64,000 nt of DNA from Eledone cirrhosa. Lineage: Eukaryota. A model generated the notes under the pieces. That model was not told where the DNA came from and searched no databases. It saw only the letters and a list, made by a program, of their open reading frames with translations. Within the stretch, counting starts at the first letter, position 1. Each line of letters begins with the position of its first letter. Below, in pieces: positions 1-13,934 of this stretch. The stretch covers positions 45,880,001 through 45,944,000 of the forward strand of contig OZ024747.1 in assembly GCA_964016885.1 (NCBI GenBank), written 5' to 3'. Position numbers and translations under genes: made by a program.

Positions 1-72
1 AATAGTCTTCTCCGTAGGAACATAGAGTGCTCAACCAACATACCGCCTATGGAAGCATCTTAGCTACCATTA

Positions 73-77
<5 letters not shown>
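1..77 (+). mobile_element. 3' tail of a (TA)n-associated Penelope-type non-autonomous insert, cut by the window edge
   Basis: Contains GAGTGCTC (25-32) and ends at (TA)n. The reverse complement resembles 61403-61495. Confidence 0.45.
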
Positions 78-315
<238 letters not shown>

Positions 316-1029
316 ATAGATATATGTATATAAGTATATATAGAATCTGCGGTGCTGAGACCGGGAAGACCACTAATTATTGGGATACTCATAGCATGGG
401 GAGATGCAGAGTGGTTATAGAGAAATGTAAGATCCTAATGGTGGGGACGAGCAGTTTTGACTTGTGTTTTCAGCAAGGCTTGCTCAATACACAAGCTGAA
501 ATTGCTTGGCACCGCGTTCTGGAATCTACCTACCTCTGCATACAAATAAATGTATATATATATGTGTGTGTGCGTGTGTTTGCGTCTGTCAATTTGTGAG
601 TGTGTGTGTGAGCTTTTGTATCCATTTAATGCGTGAGGTGTGTGAAATGATCAAGAAATGAAAGATTACTGCTCAGTACTGAATGATTCAAATTACATTA
701 TCCCAGAATTTATGACTGAAATATGTTACACAGGAAACACTGTATATGTTTTCCAAGTAGCTCTAAGCAAAATAAACGGTAACCCAGCAATGATACCTGA
801 CATATTCTCTATCATCGTTTTCAAGAATGTTGTTTTCTCCTTTAATATCACCTCTAAAAACATCTGCCACCATTTTATTGTCATAGTTTAGTTTATAGAA
901 CACAGCGGTTACTCTCAGAAGCAAACATTCTAATTTTTAAGAAAGATAACTATTGGCCATTTTCTTTCATGTCTCATATAATGAAAACATTTGAAAGAAT
1001 AATACTAGCTAAAATGATCAGTTAGACGG

Positions 1030-1317
<288 letters not shown>

Positions 1318-1325
1318 TGTGTGTG

Positions 1326-1915
1326 TGTAATCTGAGTTTTTCGAATATTAATAATAATATTCGATTCGTTTGCAATTATGCAAACAGCCTCTTGTAAGCC
1401 ATGTCAGTAGATTGACCCGTCATTCTTGCTCTTATGTTGGCATGTAAACAGAACTGCAGACACTAATGTTTCTGGGTGAATAACTTTCATCAGTACAGTA
1501 TACTACTTACCTGCCAACTGTCGGAACTAGTGAAAATATTTGATATTTTCTGAAATATACAGTGACTGATCGGCCTGATTTGCATATTAGCAGACTGGCT
1601 GATCAGTCAGATCTGTATATTAGCAGATCCACTCATCAGCCAGATTTGCGTATCAACAGATAGGCCAGTCAGCTTCATGTAATCGAGCGATTAATGGCCG
1701 GCTTTGCCATATTCAAATAATTAACAAATAGTTAATCGCTCTACATGGCTGAATACAATAAATGTAATCTGAGTTTTTCAAATATTAATAATAATATTTG
1801 ATTCGTTTGCAATTACGCAAACAGCCTCTTTAAAGCCCTGTCAGTAGTGTCTGCAGTTCTGTTTACATGCCAACACAAGACCAAGAATGACGGAGTCATT
1901 CTGCTATAACTATTT
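1326..1915 (-). mobile_element. Penelope-type pLTR remnant with direct and inverted duplications and an HHR
   Basis: 1326-1410 is repeated at 1763-1847. About 1405-1464 is inverted at about 1845-1905. Flanked by (TA)n. Confidence 0.6.
1453..1499 (-). ncRNA. type I hammerhead ribozyme motif, stem II decayed
   Basis: Minus strand reads ACTGTA-CTGATGA-aagttattcaccca-GAAACA-ttag-TGTC-TGCAGT. Stems I and III pair; the triplet is GUC. Confidence 0.6.
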
Positions 1916-2370
1916 ATTATATATATATATATATATTTGAAAATAGACCGAGAAACAGGAATGTCCATTATCAGTAGTCTGCTGATTATCATTGGTATTT
2001 CTTCGCATTAAAGACTAGATATCTAAAATCAGTGCGAGCGATAACTAAATAAAGTTATCGGCACAGAGCGAATTGGAAGGGGAAAGTGAGCAAACAACAT
2101 GGTAGTAATGCAACGTAAAGAGAGGAAAAGAGAGACATGTCAATGAATCTCGTGGGCTTAAGTCCGACAAATCAAATGACGAGAAGAAGCAGACACGTCC
2201 GAGCCACGCGAAAAGTGAGAGAGAAAAGAATTTCACACAGGTCAGATGGGAGGAAGTGAGAGAGGGGAGTAGCAGAGATTGAGTGAATGAAAGTGTGAGG
2301 AAGAGGTCAGCCGAGAGTGTGTGACCAGCAGCGGGGGTGAATGAAAGCAGGAAGTAAAGGAGAGAGAAGG

Positions 2371-2554
2371 GGGATTGGCAGTATCGGTAGAGGGTCGGAC
2401 GCCATGCTTTGACGCCTAGTTACGGCCCTTGCCATTCTGAGTTCAAATCCCACCGAGGTTAACTTTGCCTTTCATCCTTACGTGTTCGATAAAATAAAGT
2501 ACCAGTAATGCACTGGATAATTGCTGGCCTTGTGCCTAAAGTAGAAACAATTAT
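2371..2554 (+). mobile_element. SINE with Meta/MESC-like core
   Basis: GGATTGGCAGTATCGGTAG...GAGTTCAAATCC...CTTTGCCTTTCATCCTTAC...GATAAAATAAAGTACCAG...TAGAAACAATT; many copies in the window. Confidence 0.85.
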
Positions 2555-3112
2555 CTGTAACACGATATTCTTCACCCCTCCTCCTTCTCTGTCCTGCTGT
2601 GCGAATGTTGTTAGAATTGAGAGATAGTATGGATTCGCTCAGTGGGCTATATGTCGCCCTACCCATTTAGCAAAGTGACAAGAAAGATCTGTTAAAGAAA
2701 ATTCACTCAGAGACGGCAAGGCATTTAACGACATGCTACTTCGTTCGTCTCTGGGTCAAACACTTTTTTACTTCTCTGTTTCTTTTTTTGTTTTTTTTCC
2801 CTTAAAGTTTAACATCATTCCATTGGTATACATCTACTACACAATTTACACCTGAAAATATCACCGGGTTCTTACGCAACCTGGCCACTGAAATGTGCAT
2901 AGTGTTTGCAGGAATAAATAATTAGGGAAATTCAACATACTTGACCTCCTGTCATTTCACTTTATAATGTATTTACTCCATTTCCGCACCACCAACATGA
3001 TTCAACATGAAAGCTGGATGTGTTGCATTACGTCGATTGCCTTTCTGATATTACGTCATGATTAACATTGCGGAATGACCAATTCTACACAGTGGTAAAC
3101 CACCAAATTTAA

Positions 3113-3343
<231 letters not shown>

Positions 3344-4860
3344 AGTGTGGAGCTGAAAGAGAGATTGATGGTGCATATTCTGATAGTGGTGGTCATAGTG
3401 ATGGTGAGGGTTGTGATAATGCTGATAACAAGTAAATTAATAGTATTGGTCTTAACGTTATGAAGGCTGCGGTGGTTGTAGTGATTATCAAGACGGCGGT
3501 GAAGATGAACATGAAGAAGCAGACATTGTGGAAAAGCTTTCTAAATATGAAAATATTAGTTTTTCGTGTAGCTACATTATCTAGTGTGCGTCCTTTATGT
3601 AACATGGGAGTGATTCGAGGGAGTTTTGACAGCTATTTCTAGTAGATCAAATCACTAAATAGACGCTCCTGTATTAGTTCAGAACGTAGATCATGTTTTT
3701 ATTAATATTATATAATCGTATGTTGAATTGGGGAGAGAAGATTTATACTCCAGCCATAACCATTTTTCTTTTGTTTTTATTCATGTAATGCAAGACTACA
3801 TTAATTAAAGTAAAATTTCTAAAAGACATTATTTGCAAGAGATTCGGCTACTATCTGTAGCAGGTCAAACAATAATACAGAGGATCCGTTTAGGAAATTG
3901 GTTAGAACGTTAGAAAGATTGCCTTGCGATATTTGCTCCAATTCTCTCCTCACAGAGTTATAAACCTGCCAAGGTTAATTTCATATTCTATACTTACGGA
4001 GTTAATTTAGAAATATCAGTGCATTACTAGAATTAATACTTCCCTCTTTATCTTTCTCTCCGTCTTCATCTCAATCAGAATCGGCTATGTTGCTCTTCGA
4101 AAAAGGCAGTGGAAGAGCACTAAAAGCACTCGTTTGTCTGGAAACGGATAATGGTTTACCGAGGTAGAATCAACCTCTACTTATATAAACCTGATATACT
4201 ACTGAAACCATCTAAGGATGGTCCAAGGCATTGTACAGTATAGAGCAGATAACACGAATAGAGGGAATATATATTTCAAGCTGATTTGTTAAATGTATAG
4301 CCGACGTGATCCATTGACTAGGTTAAGACATAACTGTTGGGGACATTCAACGACTTCCATGTTGTTGAAATCATTGGTTAACGTCTCCAGACTGAAGACA
4401 ACAAATTCTTCCTCTCTTTTCTTTTATCAGACTCAGGCACTCTGCATAAATAAAGTTATAGTCGCTGCTCTTTCTACTTTCACTAAGCCATATACAACAT
4501 TCAGTTGCACATCAAACAACGGTTGGGTATTTCATTCAAATGCACAAAATATAATCACTATGGTCACTACACTTACCAAACACAGTCACCTCTATCTTCC
4601 CCACTCCCATCACAACCCAAACCCACCCATCCAAAATAACTGTTTCCATAGTGCGGAAATACAAATACATATGTGTTTGTATGAGTGCATCTGTATATGT
4701 GTATGCCTGTTTAGAAGTTTGTCACTAGTACAAATGTAATATTGATATTAGCACAAAAGGAGAGATTTAATTGTCTGACAAATGCATCTCTATTCAATAT
4801 ATTTATTACTACACCAATCCTTTTCTTCGTCTGTATGTATTTTATTATATATACGTATTT

Positions 4861-4907
<47 letters not shown>

Positions 4908-5367
4908 ATCACTACGTATTTTATTATATATATATATATCCCTAAGATCTGTACCAAATAACATGCATAAAATCAAGGATAGAAAGTAGTATTAGAGCTG
5001 CAGAATCGTCATTCACCCGACTCATCTTGGTATAGAATAAGAAGTGTAATGATGATAAATTGCTTCTGTAAATAAGTGATAAAAAACATATTCTGCAAAA
5101 TAGCTCACATCTCTGTTTTCATTTAAAAAAAAAACATGTAAGAATCGTGTAATATCCAGACATTCCTTGTAAATCTGTTTCTATAGGGAAATAAAATTAT
5201 TCACAAGAGAGATTTCTAGAATGTTTGGCAATAAATGATTATTCTGTCCCATTGATATCTAACTAATGTTACTCACTATACACACACTCACACATACACT
5301 CACACACATACAAACACACACAAGTATATACTTACATTATTTATATACATGCATCCATACGCAACCC

Positions 5368-5424
<57 letters not shown>

Positions 5425-5929
5425 AACAGATAAATAAATATAAAAAAAATGCATACATAGACTGGCACTCAACATAGTAATAAATAGTGAAAGGCCTTTA
5501 TCTAGCGGTCTACCATCTCCCTCTCTATTCCACCTTGTTAGAGTAAGCTTGCTTGACAGCTTTGAGTATCTGATTTCGATACAACTACAAGGAAATATAC
5601 GCAACGGTCTTCTCCGATAGTTACGTATCGATGGCAGATCAAAGAAGAAAACACATATTAGATAAAATCCAAGTAAAATTTCAAAATAAATAAATGAACA
5701 GTAAAATTTATTTATACTCATATGATTGGAGAGAGACGAAAATAAGCAAATGATAGTTTAAAATATTTCAACATCTTTGAACAAAACATTTAACTTTATG
5801 TGAACTCGGATTGAGTAAATCTATGATACATGTTTTTTCCAGCAATGACCATCAAATTCTTTTCATCGACATAGTGTAATGATGACTACAGTATCCAGGA
5901 GTATGTTCGTACCACTTTTCTGCTCTGTC

Positions 5930-6220
5930 AAGTGCACATTTGCAACAAAGTGCCCAAATGAACTATTCTTGCTATGTTGTCATGACATCTCTTATATTCT
6001 TTATGAGCTAATGGTGTGCAGTGACTGGTAATCTGCCATACAGTTTCTTCATGTCCCAAATTCTACACTTATCAGTTTCCCCTGTGTGGTCTGGTCTACT
6101 CTATGAAAGATTTAGTTAGTTCTTAGTGTTTGTTCTTCAGCAGCACAGAGTAAGGTTTTTGTTCCCAGTGTTACATCACTTTTCGCCATCCATAACCACT
6201 TCTTTCTCTCTGTTCTATCT
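5930..6220 (-). pseudogene. R4/Dong-type LINE fragment, zinc-knuckle region
   Basis: Manual translation with stops and frameshifts: WLWMAKSD..LLCAAEEQTLRTN..DKCRI..ETVWQITSHCTPLAHKEYKRCHDNIARIVH. Confidence 0.7.
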
Positions 6221-6262
6221 TTAACATCTCTATGGAATTGTCCTATTATTATTATTATTATT

Positions 6263-6690
6263 GGCGGTGGATTGGCAGTATCGGTAGAGGGTCGGACGCC
6301 ATGCTTTGACGCATAGAGTTACGGCCCTTGCCATTCTGAATTCAATTCCCGCCGAGGTTAACTTTGCCTTTCATCCTTACGCGGTCGATAAAATAAAGTA
6401 CCAGTAATGCGCTGGGATAATTGCTGGCCTTGTGCCAAAAAGTAGAAACAATTATTATTATTGTAAGGGTTACGGATTGGCAGTATCAGAAAAGCGTCGG
6501 AAAACATATTTTGTGGCATATGGTGACGTCCCTTTACGTTTTGTGTTGTTCAAATTACGCCGAGATTAGCCTTGCCTTTTATCCTTACTTAGTCGATAAA
6601 TAAAGTAACAGTAACGCACTGGGTCGATTTAGTCGAATTTCCCCTCCCCAATCATTGGTCTTGTGCCTAAATCAGAAACCATTATTTTTT
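6263..6690 (+). mobile_element. two tandem SINE copies, one young (6263-6458) and one older (about 6470-6690)
   Basis: Same consensus as the 2371 copy. Confidence 0.8.
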
Positions 6691-6790
6691 AAATAATAAT
6701 TAAATTATAAAAGGGAATATTTATATTATCTTATGAGAAATATTTATGAAATATATATATATATATATATATATATATCATATATATATA

Positions 6791-7355
<565 letters not shown>

Positions 7356-7653
7356 TGTGTGTGTATGTATGTGCGTGTGTGTGTGGTTGACGGCTGAGAG
7401 AAAGAAGTACTCAATACCGAAGTAAAGTTTTAATATTCATTTTATTAAGACTAATAGTGAGTCTTGTTACTCTGGAGTTTCACCTGATTATTACATGGTC
7501 ATTACACATAATATATATATATATATATATACACATATATAAATATATACATATATATATATGTATGTAAAAGGTAAACAGAAATAACAACACAATCGGT
7601 ACAGTATATGGAAGGTATATATTAGGTTAACGCTTGATATAGCAGGAAGAGGG

Positions 7654-7689
7654 TCTTAACGTTTCGGACGCTAGTCCTTCATCAGAAGA
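7654..7689 (-). ncRNA. minimal type I hammerhead ribozyme
   Basis: TCTT-CTGATGA-A-GGAC-tagc-GTCC-GAAACGTT-AAGA, with palindromic stem III ACGT. Confidence 0.75.
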
Positions 7690-8910
7690 AAGAATGAGAA
7701 ATAAAATAGATTGAGGAGACGGGTGGGATGGAATTGGAAAAAATGTCTTTAGATAAAAATAACAGGTCCATTCATGTTGACATCATACATTATCAACTTT
7801 TCTCCTCAATCAGTTAATATCATGTCAGATGATGCTATTTCAGTTGCCATTTCCATACACATACCTTTTTGATGTTGAAGCTGCTGTTCTCATAATAATA
7901 TAGTACGATGTGATGCACTAATATCGGTGCAGTCAATAAAATGTAGCTTATACTGTTACCTTTAACTGTGTTGTGTGGTCTAAAGAGAGAAAAAATGTAG
8001 TAATGTGAAAAGATTAAAAAAACTCCGTTATTTAATACAAATGTTACTGTATAGAATATATTATTGTAATGCACTATAGTTGCTGCTGTAATGTCCACTA
8101 AAAAAGATTTAAAAAATTCTATCATAAACTAAAAATACGTCTGAAATCTGTTTAGAACTTGGCATGTCATGCTAGTTATTTATTCTATTGTGAAGAACTA
8201 GACTTGAAGCCATAACTGCTTGGTGAACTGTTTTGCACTTCGTGCTGCTTGGGCTTTCTCGAACAAATTACAAATTACCGATGAAAATTTAGCAAACATA
8301 AATATAAATAAATAAATATTGAAATAAAAATAACTAAAAGTCACACAAAAAACCAAAATCATTCTGTATTGAACGAAACAGTATATAGTCTGAAAACAAC
8401 ACTAAAACAATAATAATAATAATTAGAAACGATATGATTTAATTATTTATATTTATTTGCATATTTTCTATGTCCACTTCCCAGTCGCTTGTTTTTATTT
8501 AGTTTTATATTTTTCTGTTTTACTTTTAATTATTTTTTTTAGCTATATTTATGTAAATATCAGGAACCAAATTGTGGTTTACAGCAATTAGAAGTTAATG
8601 AATCATTGTAAGAGAGAAAGGGAGGTAAGAAACATACCCACCAAAAAACACTAACACATACACTCACCAAACAAAGAAACAACGTGACAAAATAAATTGA
8701 ACTAAAATTATTTCAATAATTACAACCAAATTGTTTTAAAACCGACGCATATAAAAATGCATTAAAATAATAACTGCCTATGGGAAACAGAAACATTTTA
8801 ATTTTATTTTGAATTTTTTAAATATTCATTCTATTTTTTAAAGCAATATTATAAATAGATATTTTAGTTTTTTTAAACCCTCACACACACATATACACAC
8901 ACATAGAAAC

Positions 8911-9007
<97 letters not shown>

Positions 9008-9013
9008 TATATG

Positions 9014-9120
<107 letters not shown>

Positions 9121-9265
9121 TTATGTATGCGTGTGTGTGTGTGTATTTGGAAAAATTAAAGCTAAAACAACTAACAGACGCGCCAGAAAATTAATGAAGT
9201 AGATGATAACCATCTTGCTCAACAAGATTTTGGGCTTTAAATGTATTTATATCAGCAAAAACAAA

Positions 9266-9301
<36 letters not shown>

Positions 9302-9343
9302 TCGAAACATAAGTCAATTGCATGAACTCATAATCCTTTATTT

Positions 9344-9399
9344 ACTGCTATATATATTTCGATGATAGCCATTGGATGGCTATAACCTCATCAGACAGT
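9344..9399 (-). ncRNA. minimal type I hammerhead ribozyme in a (TA)n-flanked insert (about 9299-9462)
   Basis: ACTGT-CTGATGA-GGTTATAGCCAT-cca-ATGGCTATCATC-GAAATATATATA-GCAGT, then AATAAA. Confidence 0.8.
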
Positions 9400-9582
9400 T
9401 AGTCAGTTCTTAGATATGCTAGCTCTGTGTTTATATTGTTGATGGTAGCAGAGCTTTGGGACATATATATATATATGTATATATATATATACATGTATTG
9501 TTAAACTTTGTCATGGAAATTATTGAAAGCGATAATATTTACGATTTAGAAATTAATTTTGTATTTAATTAGTAATGGATAT

Positions 9583-9720
9583 AATTGTTTCTACTTTAGG
9601 CACAAGGCCAGCAATTACCCAGTGCCTTACTGGTACTTTATTTTATCGACCCCGTAAGGATGAAAGGCAAAGTCAACCTCGGCGGGACTTGAACTCAGAT
9701 CGTAAAGGGACGTAACTATG
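9583..9720 (-). mobile_element. SINE, 5'-truncated
   Basis: Reverse complement of the SINE consensus. Confidence 0.8.
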
Positions 9721-10154
9721 TATAATAGATATAATGATATCACATTTCACTTCATATCAATGACAATTGAAAAAATTATGAAAATGTTTTCGGATATTTG
9801 GATTATTTCCTTGCGGTTAATATAATAAATTGATTGTTTGTTTATAAGTGAAGCAAAAGGCCAGATATTTGTGTAAAGATGAGGGTAATATTTCTATGAG
9901 TGTTGATTATCAAGGGTATGAATACATATTTTTCTACTCATCCGAGAAGGACCAAACGTAAAATTGTCATCCGTACCAGGATTTGAACGCAGACAATATT
10001 AAGGTTGATGCAAGGAACTATACACCTAACTCTTGCATGGTTTGGTCTTTTATTCCTTATGAGATACTATGAGGCACCATGGTAAAAGGAAGCAATAGAT
10101 CATAATGGATTATCTCATATACGTATATACATGGATATATGTGTATGGATGTGC

Positions 10155-10613
10155 GCGTTTTTACGTTTTCACGCTGGCATTAGTTGGACGGGTTGGTTTT
10201 ATGCAACACACAGGGACACGGTGTACCTATTCTAAAATCCAGTATATATGAAAAAAAAAATCCAGTGCCTTCTAACTCTTGTTGGAAGAATCTCTGCCTA
10301 GTTGAACTCCACCGCTTCCTAATTCTGGCCAGATTGAGCCATCTGGGGCCGAGTTATCGGGTCAAATCCTCGCGCCATCTGACCATTCGTTGCTCTGTCA
10401 TTCTTCTTCACTGCCATGGTGTCCACTTTGTCACTCTAATATTCCATCTGTTGTCTCTGAAACGAGCGACGTGCTCTGCTCATTTATGTTTGTCTTTGAT
10501 GGTCTCAATTATGTTCTTTACACCAGTCTGCTATCGAATCCATACATAAGGTAATGCCGAGCATGATGCGCTCTATTCTACGTTGGCCCACAGCAAGATT
10601 TTCTGCAGAAGTT
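10155..10613 (-). pseudogene. RTE-clade LINE 3' fragment
   Basis: Manual translation: [47 protein letters not shown], typical of the RTE C-terminus. Confidence 0.7.
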
Positions 10614-10621
10614 GTGTTATA

Positions 10622-10750
<129 letters not shown>

Positions 10751-12326
10751 GTTATATATATGTATACGTGTTATTACTATATAAGGAAATAGTGTTTGAA
10801 AACTGCAATGACTGCCCTTTTGGTTATTTAGAAAGTTTCTGTATTAATGTACCAATTAATTTAACCAGTTTCAACTGTGTTTACAGCTTTTCAAAAAGAA
10901 AAAGATTTTCGTTACAGTCTTTCGAAAAAACTTTTTTCCGTTTATGTTTACCTCACGTGGTTGGTCATTTGTATTATTACTGGGTACAAGGGACACAACT
11001 CGATGAGAATATGGTTCATTACCAGTTGCGTCAGTCAGGCTAGATTGTGTTATTTGTAAACCCCTGACGTTTTCATTGGACATGGCAGTAATTGAAATGT
11101 GTATGCAACTGAAGAGCGTATTAAGCCTGGTTGTAAATCTTGTAAATAAGGAATAATCTTTGTACACAAGGCAATATGGCAACGTTAGTATTTTCTCTCT
11201 AGATAAATTATAATTACATATCAGCTAATTACTTGAAACCTCCTTGTTTACAACTGGTATACTCGACATCTACAATTTCTACCTCATTTTTCATCAGTAC
11301 ATTTTTGTTTCCTTTAATCGTTTTCTCATATATTTTTATCTCCACTCCATCTCAATCCTCTTTTATCATGTAAATTGGGTGGCTCATTAACACTCATAAC
11401 ATACAGGCAGAGCATTTGAAAGCGTATAAAAATACAGGTAAGATTCAACAAAACTTTGTAATATTGTGTTAAAGCTTATATCCATCTCTTTTACCCATCT
11501 CATAATTCCCACCGACATGTGTTTCAATTAACTAGATTACCTTCCACCCTCATTTATTAGTCTTCTTATATTACTCGAGTTTTGCTTTGCATTTTAAAAC
11601 TGATACATGGTCTGTATAGATCTATCGATGATATATTCATACGGGCATACAGGTGAATGTGTGCATGTTTGAATATATCTATTCCTTTTTGGGAACTTTC
11701 AATGTCACTTAAACTCCCTGTAAAGAGAATACGCTTGGTGATCCCTCCTGTGTTATTACATAAGAAGACACCAATCGAAGTATGGAATGTATTTACACAT
11801 CAATAAAGTGATATTTAGTGAGACTAACGGCATCCATTGTCCTTCTGTCACCATATAACTGTTATCCACGCTTGTTATTCTTATATTTCCAAAAGCATTC
11901 TGAAGAAACGTATTAATGATTAAGAGCTCAGCAAAATAAATTAGTAATACATTGTTATTTTTATTGGGTATCTTCCTGCAATCTATTAACACCCTTCGAC
12001 GTATAATTATATATATATAATTATATATATAATAACAAATAACGAAACGAAATTAAATTTCGTTTCGTTTGTAACTCACTTTTGTATGACTGACGCTCAA
12101 ACAATTAAGTCAAAGATGTACATCCATATATGTATACTGAAATACTAGTATGTATATGAATACACACACGTATACATATGTAGATGTACCAAGTTTTTTT
12201 TCACTGATCACTTTACTGTGAGTGGCCAGCTATTCTGTATGTAAACACACAGACAAACCGGTTTTTAGAGTCATACTGGTTTTTGAGGAAACACCTTTCC
12301 TCTATTCTCCAGAAAGCCAGACAAGG

Positions 12327-12371
12327 AATATTGAACTAGTTTCGTTGTTGTTACAACTCATCAGCAATATT
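12327..12371 (-). ncRNA. type I hammerhead ribozyme; identical copies at 12796-12840 and 13265-13309
   Basis: AATATTG-CTGATGA-GTTGT-aaca-ACAAC-GAAACTAGTT-CAATATT. Confidence 0.85.
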
Positions 12372-13889
12372 TACCTATCTTCCGGCCTCTCTAGAGAATC
12401 GTAAAAGCACATATCGCTATATGCTTTTTCTATGAAAATTAGTAGTGGGCAGACCAACTTGCATAGAGTGTGAGTAAGTACCGGTTCAACGGAGACGATA
12501 AAAACAAATAACGAAACGAAATTAAATTTCGTTTCGTTTGTAACTCACTTTTGTATGACTGACGCTCAAACAATTAAGTCAAAGATGTACATCCATATAT
12601 GTATACTGAAATACTAGTATGTATATGAATACACACACGTATACATATGTAGATGTACCAAGTTTTTTTTCACTGATCACTTTACTGTGAGTGGCCAGCT
12701 ATTCTGTATGTAAACACACAGACAAACCGGTTTTTAGAGTCATACTGGTTTTTGAGGAAACACCTTTCCTCTATTCTCCAGAAAGCCAGACAAGGAATAT
12801 TGAACTAGTTTCGTTGTTGTTACAACTCATCAGCAATATTTACCTATCTTCCGGCCTCTCTAGAGAATCGTAAAAGCACATATCGCTATATGCTTTTTCT
12901 ATGAAAATTAGTAGTGGGCAGACCAACTTGCATAGAGTGTGAGTAAGTACCGGTTCAACGGAGACGATAAAAACAAATAACGAAACGAAATTAAATTTCG
13001 TTTCGTTTGTAACTCACTTTTGTATGACTGACGCTCAAACAATTAAGTCAAAGATGTACATCCATATATGTATACTGAAATACTAGTATGTATATGAATA
13101 CACACACGTATACATATGTAGATGTACCAAGTTTTTTTTCACTGATCACTTTACTGTGAGTGGCCAGCTATTCTGTATGTAAACACACAGACAAACCGGT
13201 TTTTAGAGTCATACTGGTTTTTGAGGAAACACCTTTCCTCTATTCTCCAGAAAGCCAGACAAGGAATATTGAACTAGTTTCGTTGTTGTTACAACTCATC
13301 AGCAATATTTACCTATCTTCCGGCCTCTCTAGAGAATCGTAAAAGCACATATCGCTATATGCTTTTTCTATGAAAATTAGTAGTGGGCAGACCAACTTGC
13401 ATAGAGTGTGAGTAAGTACCGGTTCAACGGATGAGTTGTAACAACAACGAAACTAGTTCAATATTCCTTGTCTGGCTTTCTGGAGAATAGAGGAAAGGTG
13501 TTTCCTCAAAAACCAGTATGACTCTAAAAACCGGTTTGTCTGTGTGTTTACATACAGAATAGCTGGCCACTCACAGTAAAGTGATCAGTGAAAAAAAACT
13601 TGGTACATCTACATATGTATACGTGTGTGTATTCATATACATACTAGTATTTCAGTATACATATATGGATGTACATCTTTGACTTAATTGTTTGAGCGTC
13701 AGTCATACAAAAGTGAGTTACAAACGAAACGAAATTTAATTTCGTTTCGTTATTTGTTTTTATCGTCTCCGTTGAACCGGTACTTACTCACACTCTATGC
13801 AAGTTGGTCTGCCCACTACTAATTTTCATAGAAAAAGCATATAGCGATATGTGCTTTTACGATTCTCTAGAGAGGCCGGAAGATAGGTA

Positions 13890-13934
13890 AATATTGCTGA
13901 TGAGTTGTAACAACAACGAAACTAGTTCAATATT
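13890..13934 (+). ncRNA. type I hammerhead ribozyme; identical copies at 14359-14403 and 14828-14872, truncated copy at 13430-13465
   Basis: 7-bp stem I, canonical core, 5-bp stem II, palindromic stem III ACTAGT, GUU triplet. Confidence 0.85.

Noticed and set aside
445-515. Imperfect hairpin resembling an old fold-back element
   Set aside because: Core reads CTGAAAA...AAAAC; too degenerate.
658-891. ORF faintly like a CR1/L2 RT N-terminal region
   Set aside because: Similarity too weak without a search.
12222-12404. 60-aa ORF repeated six times in the array
   Set aside because: GTG start, antisense to the HHR, no recognisable domain; it repeats only because the unit does.
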